A stretch of DNA of 64,000 bases from Gracilinanus agilis (lineage: Eukaryota), in NCBI RefSeq assembly GCF_016433145.1, contig NC_058130.1, positions 769,016,378 through 769,080,377 of the forward strand. Direction: 5' to 3'. A program made the translations under genes and the position numbers. Below are positions 34,913 through 48,000 of this stretch, piece after piece. The notes beneath the pieces are model-generated. The model was not told the origin of the DNA and ran no database searches. It was given only the letters and a program-made list of their open reading frames with translations. Positions within the stretch are counted from its first letter, which is position 1. Every line of letters begins with the position of its first letter.

Positions 34913-36666
34913 CTGAGTTAAGCCTCATCTTGTGAGAAGCTGGTTGACCTAATACGAGGTTCTTGAACAAGATGGTTAAAACATCTCATTTCAGAAGAAG
35001 AAATCAAGGCCCAAAGAGAATGACTGCAGCAAGGTCTCCCAGGTCTAGGAAGCAGTGGCACACCTGTGACTGGGTGTCATGTCTCCTCTCTCCACCACAC
35101 AATGCTGCTGCCTCTCGTGACAGATGGGAAAAAAACTGAGGCCTAAAGAAGTGGGTTTTTCTTTTGGTTCTTGCATACCCATTAGTTGCCTGTGTTAAGA
35201 TCCATCCTTGATTAAAATGATCTCCCTATGGCCCTCGCTCATATGCTAAATGAAATCATTTTTCAAATGTCAGTGCAGGCACCTCTGTTCTAAGACAATG
35301 CAATCCTGCCAAATGCTTAGCAGATAGCAGTTTTCTAAGAGTGGAACACATGATTAGAAATTATTAAGTATAGGCAGGGCAGCTAGATGGCTCTATGGAC
35401 AGAGAACCAGACCTAGAGATGGGAGGTTGAGGGTTCAAATTTGACCTTAGACACTTCCTAGCTGTGACCCTGGACAAGTCACTTAACTGTCATTACCTAG
35501 CTCTTGTTGCTACTCTGCCTTGGAATCAATATATAGTATAGTATTTATTCTAAGACGGAAGAGGAAGGTTTTTTCAAAAAAAATTGAGTCCAGGCCATAA
35601 GTATTTTTTAATCATTAATAACTGATCCAAGCCTCTTCAAATAGATCCCAATAGAAAGTGAGCTCTGGTTTCTTTTGGTTTTGTCTCCCCGGGGCCTGGG
35701 GCCATACCCACTAAGCAGCAAGGCCATAGCATTGACACCTACCGACCTCCTGGCTCATGTTCCAATTGCAATTTGAGGAGGAAGTGGAGTCACACACTGA
35801 ATACCTTGGGCACACAGGCAGCAAAGCCAAGCAAGCTCACGTTGTTATGTTCCAATGGACCAGCCATGTGAATGAAGTGTGAGCTGGGAGATTATGGGGC
35901 AACCTCAAATAAGCAAAACAGTAGCCCAAAGCAGCAAAAACTGCCACTAACCCACTTTGACCCTCAATAAACACAACCACTGCAAAAAGGGGATCGTGAG
36001 AGCTAGAATATAATCATTTCTCATTTCTATAGCATAACTTGCCTGTGGTTTAGGCAGTGTAAGCATTCTTGTCCCCACTTTACAAATGAAAACACCAAGG
36101 TTTGAACAAGATCCGGTGTTTCCCCTTGCATGGGGTGGTTCTGCAGGCTTTTTCACATACACACGTGACCAGAATGCCAGGCTGGAGTCGGCCTGCCCTG
36201 GGGCTCTAGGCTGGCCTCTGGGTCCCAGGTTTGGAGTCTAAACCTTTGTCTGCCTACATTTCTTCATCTCCATAAATCCTGCCCACTCACCTCCCCAGGA
36301 AGAAAGCACTTTATAACTATGCAGCTACGAGTAACATGCGATCTAAGTTACCATCTTTTGTGAGCTGTCTAATCCAGAAACACAGGGGTGAGCGAGGCTG
36401 ATATTCTGTTTTGCCCCAGAGTTCTCTGAACTAAGTTTCGGGCCGTTAAGAACCGACTGAAGATTAGCCAAAGCGGGAGGAAGAAGGGATCCTCGAAGCC
36501 AGAGGAGATATTTAGTAAATGACCAAAGCCAGGGGGGAACACAGGACTGGGGGTGCAAAACCCATCTCTGGGCCAGGGTTAGGATGTAGGTAAAGGAAGG
36601 TAACCACCTGTGTTAAAGAGGAGAAGAGAGCAGATTGTGCAAAAGCTCTTTTAAAGAGAACTTCAG

Positions 36667-36672
36667 TTTAAT
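36667..36672 (-). terminator. Candidate proximal SART3 poly(A) signal (ATTAAA)
   Basis: TTTAAT on + reads ATTAAA on -, about 0.77 kb downstream of the SART3 stop codon. Confidence 0.35.
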
Positions 36673-37444
36673 AAGTGAAGTTAAATGGAGAACTGGAGTT
36701 TGCATTTGACATCATATAGAAACAGAACCAAGGGAGTGAAAGGGAGGGTCTCGACAAGGAGGAGTCCAGTTCCTTGGGCAGACCAAGTGGACGTGACCCA
36801 CCAGTGGCAGCACACACAATTCTGAATACAAAACAAACATCTCTGGTCTCCCAATGTTAGGAAACTTAAAAATAAGGGTTCGACATGTCATTTACAAATA
36901 CACAATATAAAAACATAGACCACTTTGAACAGAACATCAAGCCAACCCCCTTTTCTCTAACTTCTCCCTCCCCTACCAAAATAGGCCATTGTGGTGAATT
37001 CTGAGCATCTGCCATTTTGTCTTTGCCAAGAATGATAGGCCGGTCTGCTCCGCGGGGTAGGAAGTAAGTATCAGGTAAACGGGAAATTACCCCAATGAGA
37101 TGAGCGAAGCTTATGCCCTACTCCATTCCTTACATTCTTTTAAGACAAAGAAACCACTTAGGAAACTTCACCCCATGCCCATCTGTAAAGTGAACACTTC
37201 CCTCATGTCACCTACCCTCAATATGAGGGATCATTTAAAGCCATTTAAACCCACCAGCCTTCTGTCTGAGTCAACACCAAAGAGCCCTCTGACTTGGTAC
37301 GTACAGCCCCAAACTGGACTGTGGTGGACCTAACAGGACAAAGTAGTATTTACAGGGAATGATGGGGGATCCCCCTTGCTAGCAGAAATAAGGACACAAA
37401 ATGGCTTCCTAAAAGGCATTTTCACATTTCCCGTAGAGTCCGAT

Positions 37445-37622
37445 TCACTTTTTCAGGAGCATCTTGGCAAAGTCAGCATTTGACATCTTGGGTGCCTCTG
37501 TGGGTGTAGAAGAGGGTCCAGGTGGGGTCTGGAATGTCCCATTCTCAGTCTTAGGGCCAGGATTGTTGGGGCGCTGCAACGCCCGAGGCAAGAGCGAGAG
37601 CTGGGTCCTCCCCTTACCCCGC
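37445..37622 (-). CDS. SART3: SART3 exon 19 coding part (178 nt, LSm-interaction motif)
   Basis: RGKGRTQLSLLPRALQRP...EAPKMSNADFAKMLLKK followed by TGA. Confidence 0.95.
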
Positions 37623-40600
37623 CTAAAAAGGGAAACATTTTATGTACAGACTAAAAAGTTGCAATTCATAGTCAGGGACCTTCAGGGTCTTGGGCTGCAT
37701 AAATGAGGACTGTTTAAGAGGCCCCTGGGGGGGAGAGGCAGCTCTGGCCGGCCCTCTCTCGAACTACTTCTAACAACCAAATTCAGCCAAGTTAAGTGAC
37801 CTGTTCATAGTCACTGGCTGAGCCAGAACTGGGCAGCCCACTGTTTCTCCCACTTTACAGCTGAGGAAATGTTGGCCTCTAGCTTTTTCTGACTATTCTT
37901 CTCAGTGTTTTTCCCTCAGTGACTGATAAGAAAAAAGCAAGAACTGAAAGCAGCCAACCTCTGCCCTGTCACTCCTCAGCCCATGCTCCGGAGATGAGAT
38001 GAACACTTACGCGCCATAGACCTGCCGCGGCACCATGGCTCCCAAGGCCCTCCCTGGCTCCGGCCTGTCAGGCAGCTTTCTTTGAGGAGGATTACTGATG
38101 GCCACTTTAATGACGTTCTGTTTGACAGTCATCCCATCCATTTTCAGCACGGCCTGAGAAGCCTGCGACTCATTTTCATATTCTACATAGGCAAGCCCCT
38201 AAAGAAAGAACAATCACAACACCATAGAAATCATGATCCAGCTTAAGTTAACTGACTTACACAGTGCCGTGCCAAACTACCAAAGGATCTCCAACTATGC
38301 CACAAGACAGTAATCACTAAAGCAATCTGGAACTGGCTAGAAAAGAGAGAGGATGGTAGGATAAATTAAGTACAGAACACAGGTACGAAAATGAAACTTG
38401 CAACCCCATTCAATAAACCCAAAGATCCCAGCTACAGGGGGAAGGACCAGCTATGGACAAAGCACTGCTAGGAAACTTGCAGAGCAGCCCAAAAACTAGG
38501 CCAAGACCAATAGCGTCCCCCATCCACCAGGATAGGGCCCACCTGGAGCCATGATTTAGCCATCAGACACAGGCTAAACGTATCACAAACAAATTAAGGA
38601 GCAAGACAGAATTAACCTTTGAGATCTACAGATGAAATAGAAGATCACAGAAAATAAGCAGGCTGGTTTGGGTGCATAAAATTTTGTGCAAACATCCCAA
38701 GGCCGCTAAGACTAGAAAAGAAATGGTAAAATGGGGGAAACATCTTTCCAGCAAGTGTCTCTGATAAAGGTCTTCCTTCCACAAAACGGAAGGCACTCGT
38801 TTAAACATGTAAGAATAAGATCCATTCCCCAATCAATAAATAGTCAAAGGGCAGGAGTGGGCAGTCCTCACATCTACACTCCCAACGGCCATATGAAAAA
38901 ATGCACCAATCACCAGGAAAGAGATCACTTATTGCACATTCAAGCAACTGAGGCTCATCAGACTGGCAAGGAGGTAGGAAAGGCCAACTGTCGCCGGTGA
39001 GCAGGCGGAACGTCAGCACACTGTCTGCAGCTGGGCCTTGGCCCCTACCATGGCCCCAAAGTGACTAAGCTGGGCAAACCCTCTGTTGTTGGGACCCAAA
39101 GAGATTAAACAAAGAAAAAGATACACAAAAAATACAGAGAGCACCACTAAACAGAACCAAGGAGCACCGTCATCTGGGGAATGGCCAATTTCAAAGAAGC
39201 CTAGCAACACCTGCCTGAACTAATGGAGATTTATAAAGACAGAGAATCAGGAACACAACAGGAAAAACAAACAGCTCTGAAAGACTTAAGTGCTCTGTTC
39301 CGATCAAAGCAATGGCCATTAGGACTGATGACGCAAGGGCAGTGAGGTGGCTCAGTGGATAGAGAGCCAGACCTGGAAATTGGAGGATCTGGGTTCAAAT
39401 ATGACCTCAAACACTTCCTGGCTGTGTGACCCTGGGCAAGTCATTAACCCTGTTTGCCAGACCTTTGTCCTTCAGTCTTAAGAGTTATTACTAGAGGGCA
39501 GCTGGGTGGCTCAATGGATTGAGAACTAGGCCTAGAGATAGGAGGTCCTAGGTTCAGATCTGACCTTAGACACTTCCCAGCTGTGTGACCCTGGGCAAGT
39601 CACTTAAGCCCCCCTCCCCCCACTATCTAGCCTTTACCACTCTTCTGCCTTAGAACCAACCAACAGACAGTATTGATTCTAAGATGGAAGGTATGGGTTT
39701 AAAAAAAATTTAACAGAAAGGGTTAAAAAAAAAAGATGACTCAAATTCCTTACTGTTTGACATGGCCAAGGGGTAAATTCGCCCATAAAAAGGCTTTGTC
39801 TTTTTTCTCTGTCGATGGAGGAATAGGGAAGTAAAATGGGAAGGAAGGTAATGCCTGCTAACTGAAACCAAAGCTAAAAGCCAATTGAAAAAGATCAGCC
39901 TCAGAAATACCATCATGAAAGCCTCCTGCAGACCACACTGGGACTCAAGGGGAGATTCATCCCATAAAGCAGCTCAACAGGCCCCTCTGCTCTTCCCTGT
40001 CTCTCTCCCTCAGACTTCTTCCTTTCCTGTCCAGGTTTTCTCCTGTTGCAGGGTCTAATCTCACAGAATTACAGAATGGTGACCCTGAAAGGGAATTTCG
40101 TAGAAACTAAGCCATCCAAGGCGCACAAGGGTCCCATGCCACAACGGCAGAACTGGGGTTCAAACCCCACATTCCTGACCCATGTTCAATGCTCTCGCTC
40201 TTTCCCTGGCTTCAAAGAACCTGAAATATTTTTACCTTTTTTTTTTTTTTAAACCCTTACCTTCTGTCAAACTCAATACTAAGTATGGGTTTCAAGTATG
40301 GGCTAGGCAGTGGGGGATATGTGACTTATCCAGAATCACACAGGTAGGAAGTATCTGAGGCCACATTTGAACCCAGGATCCCGTGTCTCCAGGCCTGGCA
40401 CTCTACCCACTGAGCCACCAATAGCTGCCTTGAACCTGAAATATTTTTAAATTAAAGGTCTCACTTTTATTCCTCAACAAAGCCATGGAAGTCCACACAC
40501 GCCCCACCCCCCATGTCCCCCAAGGCATTCATTAATCCTCCTCAGTCACGGTCTCCTCTGGACAGAGCCGGGACCCCCACCCCCATGGTCTAGCCTCAGC

Positions 40601-43600
40601 GCAGCTTTACCGTCTCCTACTCATACCTTTGGTTTCCCGGCACGGTTGGTGACCAGCCTGAGGTCTTTCACATTTCCATGAACTTTGCAGATGTCTTCAA
40701 GTTCCTCTTTTGTGCAGGAGAAGGGCAAACCCGAGATAAACAGCTTGTGCTTTTCCAGGGCAGTGCTGTACCTGAACACCTGTGGAGCAAGCGAGAGAAG
40801 AGAGTGGCCTGAGCCGCGGCTCGACGCTAGCCACAAAGGGCGACTTCCCGTAACCCAACTGAGCCCAGGCATCATCTCTCTGCTGCCGCCTAAAAACGTC
40901 CTCACTTCAGACGAACCTCCACAGGGAGCTTCCAGAGAAGCCAGTCTTCACTAACTGATGCTGCCACTCCTCTCCCCAGAAGTCTACCTTAAAGTCTGGG
41001 TTCTTGTTCTTGTCCACACAAGGTGAAACAAACATTGGCCTTCCGTCCACCGTCTTCCGGTCCAAGCTGAGGGCTTGCAGGGCTGCCTTCTCCTCCTTAA
41101 ACTCCACATAGCAGTAGCCCCGGAAGTCCCCACGGTTACTGAAGATGGGGCGGATCTCCGTGACCTCCCCGAAGGGCTCAAAGAGGGGCCTGAGCTTGAC
41201 ATCGGGCTCCCCCAGGCCATAGGGCAAGTTGCTGACAAACACAGTGATGTTGTCTTTATTGCTATCGTGGAACACTTTGGGCATCTCCTTCCTGATGGCA
41301 GCTGCTCTCTCCTTCTGTTTGGAAGGGGGGTCCACTTCTGTAGATTCGCTCCTCCCAAAGAGCCCCACCTCTAGGCTCATGGATTCTGCCTCTCCAGCTC
41401 TCAGTCGCTTGCAGGGCTGTTCTACAGATTTCCAAAACAAGAAGGGATCGCCAAGAAAGCTCTCCTCCACGAGCAGCCTAACAGCCCAGCTCCAAAACGA
41501 CGCCCAGCCCTACTGGTGCAGCTGAGACGGGGCGCTGCCTGAATGAAGGGGACCCTGTGCGTCTTCCCCCTACCCAGACACACACCCCACACAGAGCCCG
41601 CGTTACCCCATCTACACTCCTGCATATAACTGGTACCCATCCTTCAAGATGGCCTACCTTGTTCTATTTAAATCTGTCATGTAAGTAGTGTTTATTACTC
41701 TGACTAACTGGGTAAAAGAAAGTTTTATTGAGCTAGCAAAAGAACTAACTCCTGCTTTCTCTCTGCTGACCCACTTCACTAAGGAATGCCAAGGGATGGA
41801 CACACTGCCTTTGCTCCCTGACCAAGCTAACAAGTGTGATCTCCAAACTACCTTCTTCTTCATCCCCCCACTGGTCCTCCTCATCTTCATCCGCCTTCCG
41901 CTTGTCCCCAGCCTTGGTCTTCTTCACCTTTTTGGAGGCCCTCTTTTCTGCCCGAGCCCTCTTGCGCTGCTCAGTCTTTTCCTCTTCCTGCTGGGCAAGG
42001 GCAGCTTCCTTCTCGGCAGCCTGCAAATGCCAGGAAGACAAGGCAGTAGGAATGCTACCTCATCCCCCACTCTGACTTTCTGTGAGGGATGAGAGGAAGA
42101 GAGAAGAGGGCAAAGCCTCAAAGAACCACATTTCTAGGGGAATTCAGCAATTCACAGAATATCCCTACCTTGACTCTCTGCTCATTAACTCGGGCTAATC
42201 GATTTTCAGTTTTCTGAACTGCTGTGTCCCAATCTTCGAGAGTACCTAAATGAGAAAAGTAGTAAGCAAGCTTTGATTTCCTGGAGTTTCTGAAAACTCC
42301 CTAAAGGGAAAGACATCTCAGTCACTCCTCCACACTCCCTAAAAGAGAACCCGAATCTCAGAGCTGGGAAAGACCTTTTCAGAAACACTTGGGCTAACCC
42401 TTTCCTGGAAGATTCCCACCCACCACACACACCTTCCTAATGACCCAATCCATCCCATATTCCAACAAGCAAGCCTTTCTCCCTGATTACTAGGAAATGT
42501 TTCTTTAAAAGAGATCTCCCTCCATTGTACAAAAAAAAAAAATGGAAAAAATAAATGACTCAATGCCCATCAGGAATCAGAGGCCCACTAAGGTTAAAGT
42601 TCCCAAGTACTCTGACTACCTGGGCGGCTGCAGACAAGTCTCTTAACCAATCTTAATTTCTTCAGCTACAAAACAGTTAACCGGATGACTTCAAATGATT
42701 TCTCTGATCACTTCCCTATTTAAAACCTCTAAGAAACACTCAACTAGCTTAAGTTTAAGTTGGAATTAGGGAGAACAGTTGAAAATCTCCCCATTGAAAA
42801 ATTGGCATCACTAATAGCTGAAATGCTAGAATGCCAAACATAAGGGTTCAATGCCTAAGAGAAGTGAAAAGTAAAGGTCATTAACAAGTCAGACAGGGTG
42901 TTTTGTCATTCATTTGTTCAGTAAATATTCAAGGGGAAAGAGAATGACTCCCAGGGCAAAAGAATAGTTCTTGGCAGAGGCAGGAGAGCACAGTATGAGA
43001 TACTACAAACACTGTCACACTCAGACAGTCTCAATTCCTGATTCCGTAGCTGAAGAACCTCAACTCTAAGTGGTTAAGAGACTTGCCCACAGCCATGCAG
43101 GTGGTAGGCAGGTCTGAGGCCTTGAATTCTGGCTGTCTGACTCCAGATGAAAGATCTGTTGGTTGTGCTGAAATGCCTTTTTTTTTTTTTTAACCCCTAG
43201 CTTCTATCTTAGAATCAATTCTGTATATTAGTTCCAAGGCAAAGGAATGATATGGGCAGTGAAGGTTAAGTGACTTGCCCAAAGTCACACAGCTAAGAAG
43301 TGACTGAGGCCACATTTGAACCCAGGACCTACCATCTCTAGGTCTCACTCTCAATCCACTGATCTACCTACTTGACCCTATGGAACTGGCTTTTAAAATT
43401 AGTTTGTTTTTTTTGGCAAGGACTGGCACCATAGGAAAGGGAATGATAAACTAGGAAATGATGGTAATGTAAAAAGACAGAAATAAACTTTTTTTGAAAG
43501 ATATGAGAGTTGGATCTACAACTCAAAATATAAAAAGTGTCTCTAATCAAGACATGTTTCATAATTTAACATTTTAATTTAAAATTAAATTATATTGTTT

Positions 43601-45034
43601 TACCCTATCAATAATATGGAAATAGGTCTTGATACATGTAAAACCCAGCGGAATTGTGTCAGCCACGGGGAGGGAGGGTTTGGGGGAGAGGGAAAGAACA
43701 TGAATCATGTAACCATGGGAAAATATTCTAAAAATAAATGAAATTTGAAAAAGACATTGTTGTTTTACCATGTTGAAAATACTTTTTTTTTTTTTAAAAA
43801 AACTCTTACCTTCCATCTTGGAATCAATATTGTGTATTGGCTCCAAGGCAGAAGAGTGGTAAGGGGTAGGCAATTATGGTCAAGTGACTTGCCCAGGGTC
43901 ACACAACAAGGAAGTGTCTGAGGCCAGATTTCAGCCTAGGACCTCCTGCCCCCTGAAAATACTTTCTAAAGAGCTCAATAATCAGAACTTTTTAATTAAA
44001 GGTACTGGTAGCTGTGGCCCAAACCTCAGATCCTCATCTATAAAATGTGGATGTTTATGCTCTATATTGGTTAAAAGGCTTCAGTGCCTACATTTGCTAC
44101 AAGCATAAACAAGAGAGAAGCATCGATTAGTCCAAAAAGAAGCATATCTGCCTGAGGTCAGTGAAGCCATTTGCCCCACAGTCCAGAGAGAACAGGAATC
44201 AGTCACACAGGGTTCATAGCTGCCCAACCGCTGGCCTCTACGGCAATTGGTTGGGACTCCAGAGAGAGACAGAGACCCTCTACTGTGGATATGGACAGCT
44301 AAGACCTGGATTCGAGGAAGGCCAAACACAGGCATTAGCTGGGACTGTACACCACACTGGAGTGGAGAGGTGGGCAAGCCATGGGAATTATTCATCTTCT
44401 GAAGCCAGACCTGACGCTATTATAAAAAAAGAGAATTAAAATTCAGGGGCACGGGCTTGTTTTGTCTTACAAAAAATCAGACAAGAGTATCCATCCATCC
44501 ATTTATAGGTCTGTGTGCACCCAGCCACACCTCCTCACCTTCGATCCTCTCAAGCGTGAGCAGCACTTCGCAGACGTGTTCCGGGTAGTCACTGGTACAC
44601 TGAACAGCCCTATGCAAAGCCTTCCGACAGTGCTGGGTGTCCCCATGTGCCCTGAAGTGCAACAACAAAGTGTAATACCTCCAGGAAACAGCAGAGGACA
44701 CACAAAAAGAAGCGGGAACCCCCCTTCTGGGATCTGCTGAGCCTAACAATTCCCCTGTCCTCCAGCAGAGGGCTGCCCTCTTGGCTCGAGTCACCCTGTT
44801 GTAGCTTTCCTATAAAACCTTCATCTGTGCAAAGCCATGCGAGACCCCCAGAGAAGGAGCGTGTCATCAGGAGGAGAGGAGACTGCAGGAACTGATGGAC
44901 CGAGCCTGGCCGGTCTCCTGGTCTTGCTGCTGGAAAAGGTTTAGTATCCAGTGTCTGCAGCCCTTCCCTGGATACACCATAGGGCAGCAATGGGCCCAGG
45001 GAAGGGCTGCAGGCTTGTGGTTTTTATCATTGAC

Positions 45035-45095
<61 letters not shown>

Positions 45096-48000
45096 AAGCT
45101 AACATATAAGCAATTACTCTGGGCCAGACCCTGTCTTACCGGCTTCACAATTATAATCTAATTTGTTCCTCACGATAACCTTAGGAGTAGGTGTTATTAC
45201 CACCTCCATTTTATACTAGAAGAAATGGCAAACAGGGTTAAGTGACTTGCCCAGGGTCACATAGCTCGGAAGTGTCTGGGGTCAAATATGAACTCGGGTC
45301 TCTAACTCTATCCACTGAACCACCTGGCTTCTCCTGAATTTCAGAACTAGAACTAGTCTAGCTAAATTCACAAGGCTCAGCACCCAGTTACAAATGATTT
45401 TTTTTTGTTGTTCATTATCTTAAAACCCATCTACCCCAGAGGAATGCTGAGCTACATTGGGCTAGAATATCCATACTGAAAAAACTGATAGATCCTACCT
45501 TGAACAGAAATGACTCTAACTTGATGCCTGGAATTGGGCGTTACAGTTCTGTTCTTCTCTTATCCGTGATATTTTATGGAGGTAAAAATATTGCCTTTCA
45601 AGAATAAGCCTTATAGGGGCAGCTAGGATGGATAGCCAGGCCTGGAGACAGGAGGTCCTGGCTTCAAATGTGGCCTCAGACACTTCCTAGTGTGTAAAGG
45701 GAATCCTCTCCCAGGATCACCCGTCCCTGCGCTCCTGGAGCCAGGTCACTGCCATCACCTAGGCTGATCACCTATGTATGTCATCTAGCACAGGTTACGT
45801 GACCGAATTTGACCGGGAAGGGAGAGGGAGGTTAAAAGTCAGACAAGGAAGTAAGGCTCTCTCTGTCTCTGGCGTCCTGCCAAGGAACTTGGATGCTGGG
45901 GTGCTGCTCGAGAAGCCACATGGCTCCCTAAACTAAGCTTTTTTCTCCATCTCTCTGCTTTCACCTATCCAAGTAATTCCAATAAACTTTATAAAATTCT
46001 AAGGACCAGAGTCCTAATTTTAATTCTTACACTAGCTATGTGACCCTGGGCAAGCCCATTCCCTAGCCCTTACCACTCCTCTGCCTTGGGGTTTAAAAAA
46101 GAACTGTCTTGCACCCAGCAAGTTGTTGGGGGTGGGCATGCCCTCAGCCCACATCACTAGACTCATGGCTTCCTGAGAAAAGGCTCCACTGTACATCTCG
46201 TTGGCTCTCCCCATGGGCTGGTGCTACTCATTGATTCCTTTAACAACTATTTACAGTTGTTGGCCAAAGCACTTTGAGGCATACAAAAATCAAATGGTGT
46301 CCTGACCTCCGGGAGATGCTGGCAGAAGACAGAAGGAGCCAACTACCCTGGTCCTCTTCAGCATCAACCATCGAACCTCAATGCAATCTTCCCAACCACA
46401 AGTCTAATCCTGTCATTCCTCTGCTCACTGTCACCTCCCAGATCAAATCCCAGGTTCTTTCTTTGGCATCTGAGGTCTTTCACGACCTTCCACCCCCATC
46501 ATCCACCCTCTCTACAGCCCAGCCGTCTCTCATACACGACACGTCTCTATACCCCGGCCTGCAGGCTCTCCCTCCCAACCTCCCACTCTCAGAACCTCTG
46601 GCATTTTTTGGAGACTCAATTAAGGCACCACCTACTCCAGGCCTTTTCTAGTCCCACCAGCTGTCAGTGCCTCCCCCTCAGGGCTGACCTTCAGTGCACA
46701 CTCTGAATCTATCTGGTCTACTGTGATGTACAAATGCTGCCTCCTTCCCCATTCAAAGAATGTCAACTCCTTGATGACCTGGCTGCTCTTTTTGGTTTTT
46801 ACCCTTTGTATCCACAGCCCTTAGCACAGTGCCAGGCACATCAGAAGTCAGCCTGTTCACTGCTTTGGGCTATCCAATAACCATATAATCATAACAAATC
46901 TATTTATAAATTTTAGAAAATGCTTTCTTGATTTCCATGGCCTGGTGATATGGTTTACCTTTTCCTGTTGCCACCCTGCACACACTAAGGTTTAGTTCTT
47001 CTCTGAGCCCAACAACCCCCAGCTGGCAGTGTTCTCAGTTACCGTTCCAGGTTGTAGTACTCCAGCCACATGTTAGCATATTTTGCATTTCCTTTTGTCA
47101 TGATGCTATCCCAGAGCTCTCGAGCTTTCTGCATATTGTTACAAAGGCGAGCCTACAAGATGGAGAGGAGAGCAAATAAAATTCCAGAGAACTTCTATTT
47201 GAATGAGGTCAATAAGTAAATCTGCTGAGGGTAGATAAGCACACCAACAGCTCTGGTCCAACCAACAAGATCCAACAGATACTACTGCCTTGCTAACAGA
47301 ACTCTCCTTTTCAGTACCAACATTTGTGCAAATTCTAAAGCAGCACAGAAAATGAGAATATTTTTACTCTAGGAATATCAAAAAATGAATCAACCATTGC
47401 TGAATTTTGCTTTTTATTTTTACATTTCATTTTTTACAAATGAAAAAACAAATGTACCATCACACCATATGAGGCTGGATCTTAACTTAGGAAAGAATTC
47501 TTCTAGCTACCACTAACAGGATAGATAAAATGGGAAAGCTTTAAACAAAAACCTACCTCCACTCTTGCCCAATTCTGCATTATGGTACAGGATGGATCTC
47601 CACTCTCACTAAAACCTTAGAAGGAAATAATTTAAAAATCATGAGAAAGAGACTCAATCACAAACCAGGGGATGACAGGAGGCCCAAGGTGAAGGGGGGA
47701 AGGGGCTTACGCTCTTCCACTTCTTGTTCCAAATACTCCAGCGCTCGAGCAAAGGCGGCCCTCAATTCCTCCAGCTCTCGACTCGAATCTATAAGACAAA
47801 TCAGAAGAAGGAAAGGACACTGGAATGAGTGAGAGTTTTATCTTTCATGCCAAGCACACAAAACTCCAGCTCAGAGCAGGAATGTTCTGCCATAGAGAAC
47901 ACGGGGGCCCATATGGCAACAACAAGTTCCAAAGGAACATTCAAGTCCTCTTGTGAAACTAGAATATATTTTTCTCAGACCCTGATGATGTGATGAAGTG

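Noticed and set aside
40621-40987. ORF extensions into SART3 intron 16
   Set aside because: Canonical splice sites define a 208-nt intron; retention would hit a stop at 40907-09.
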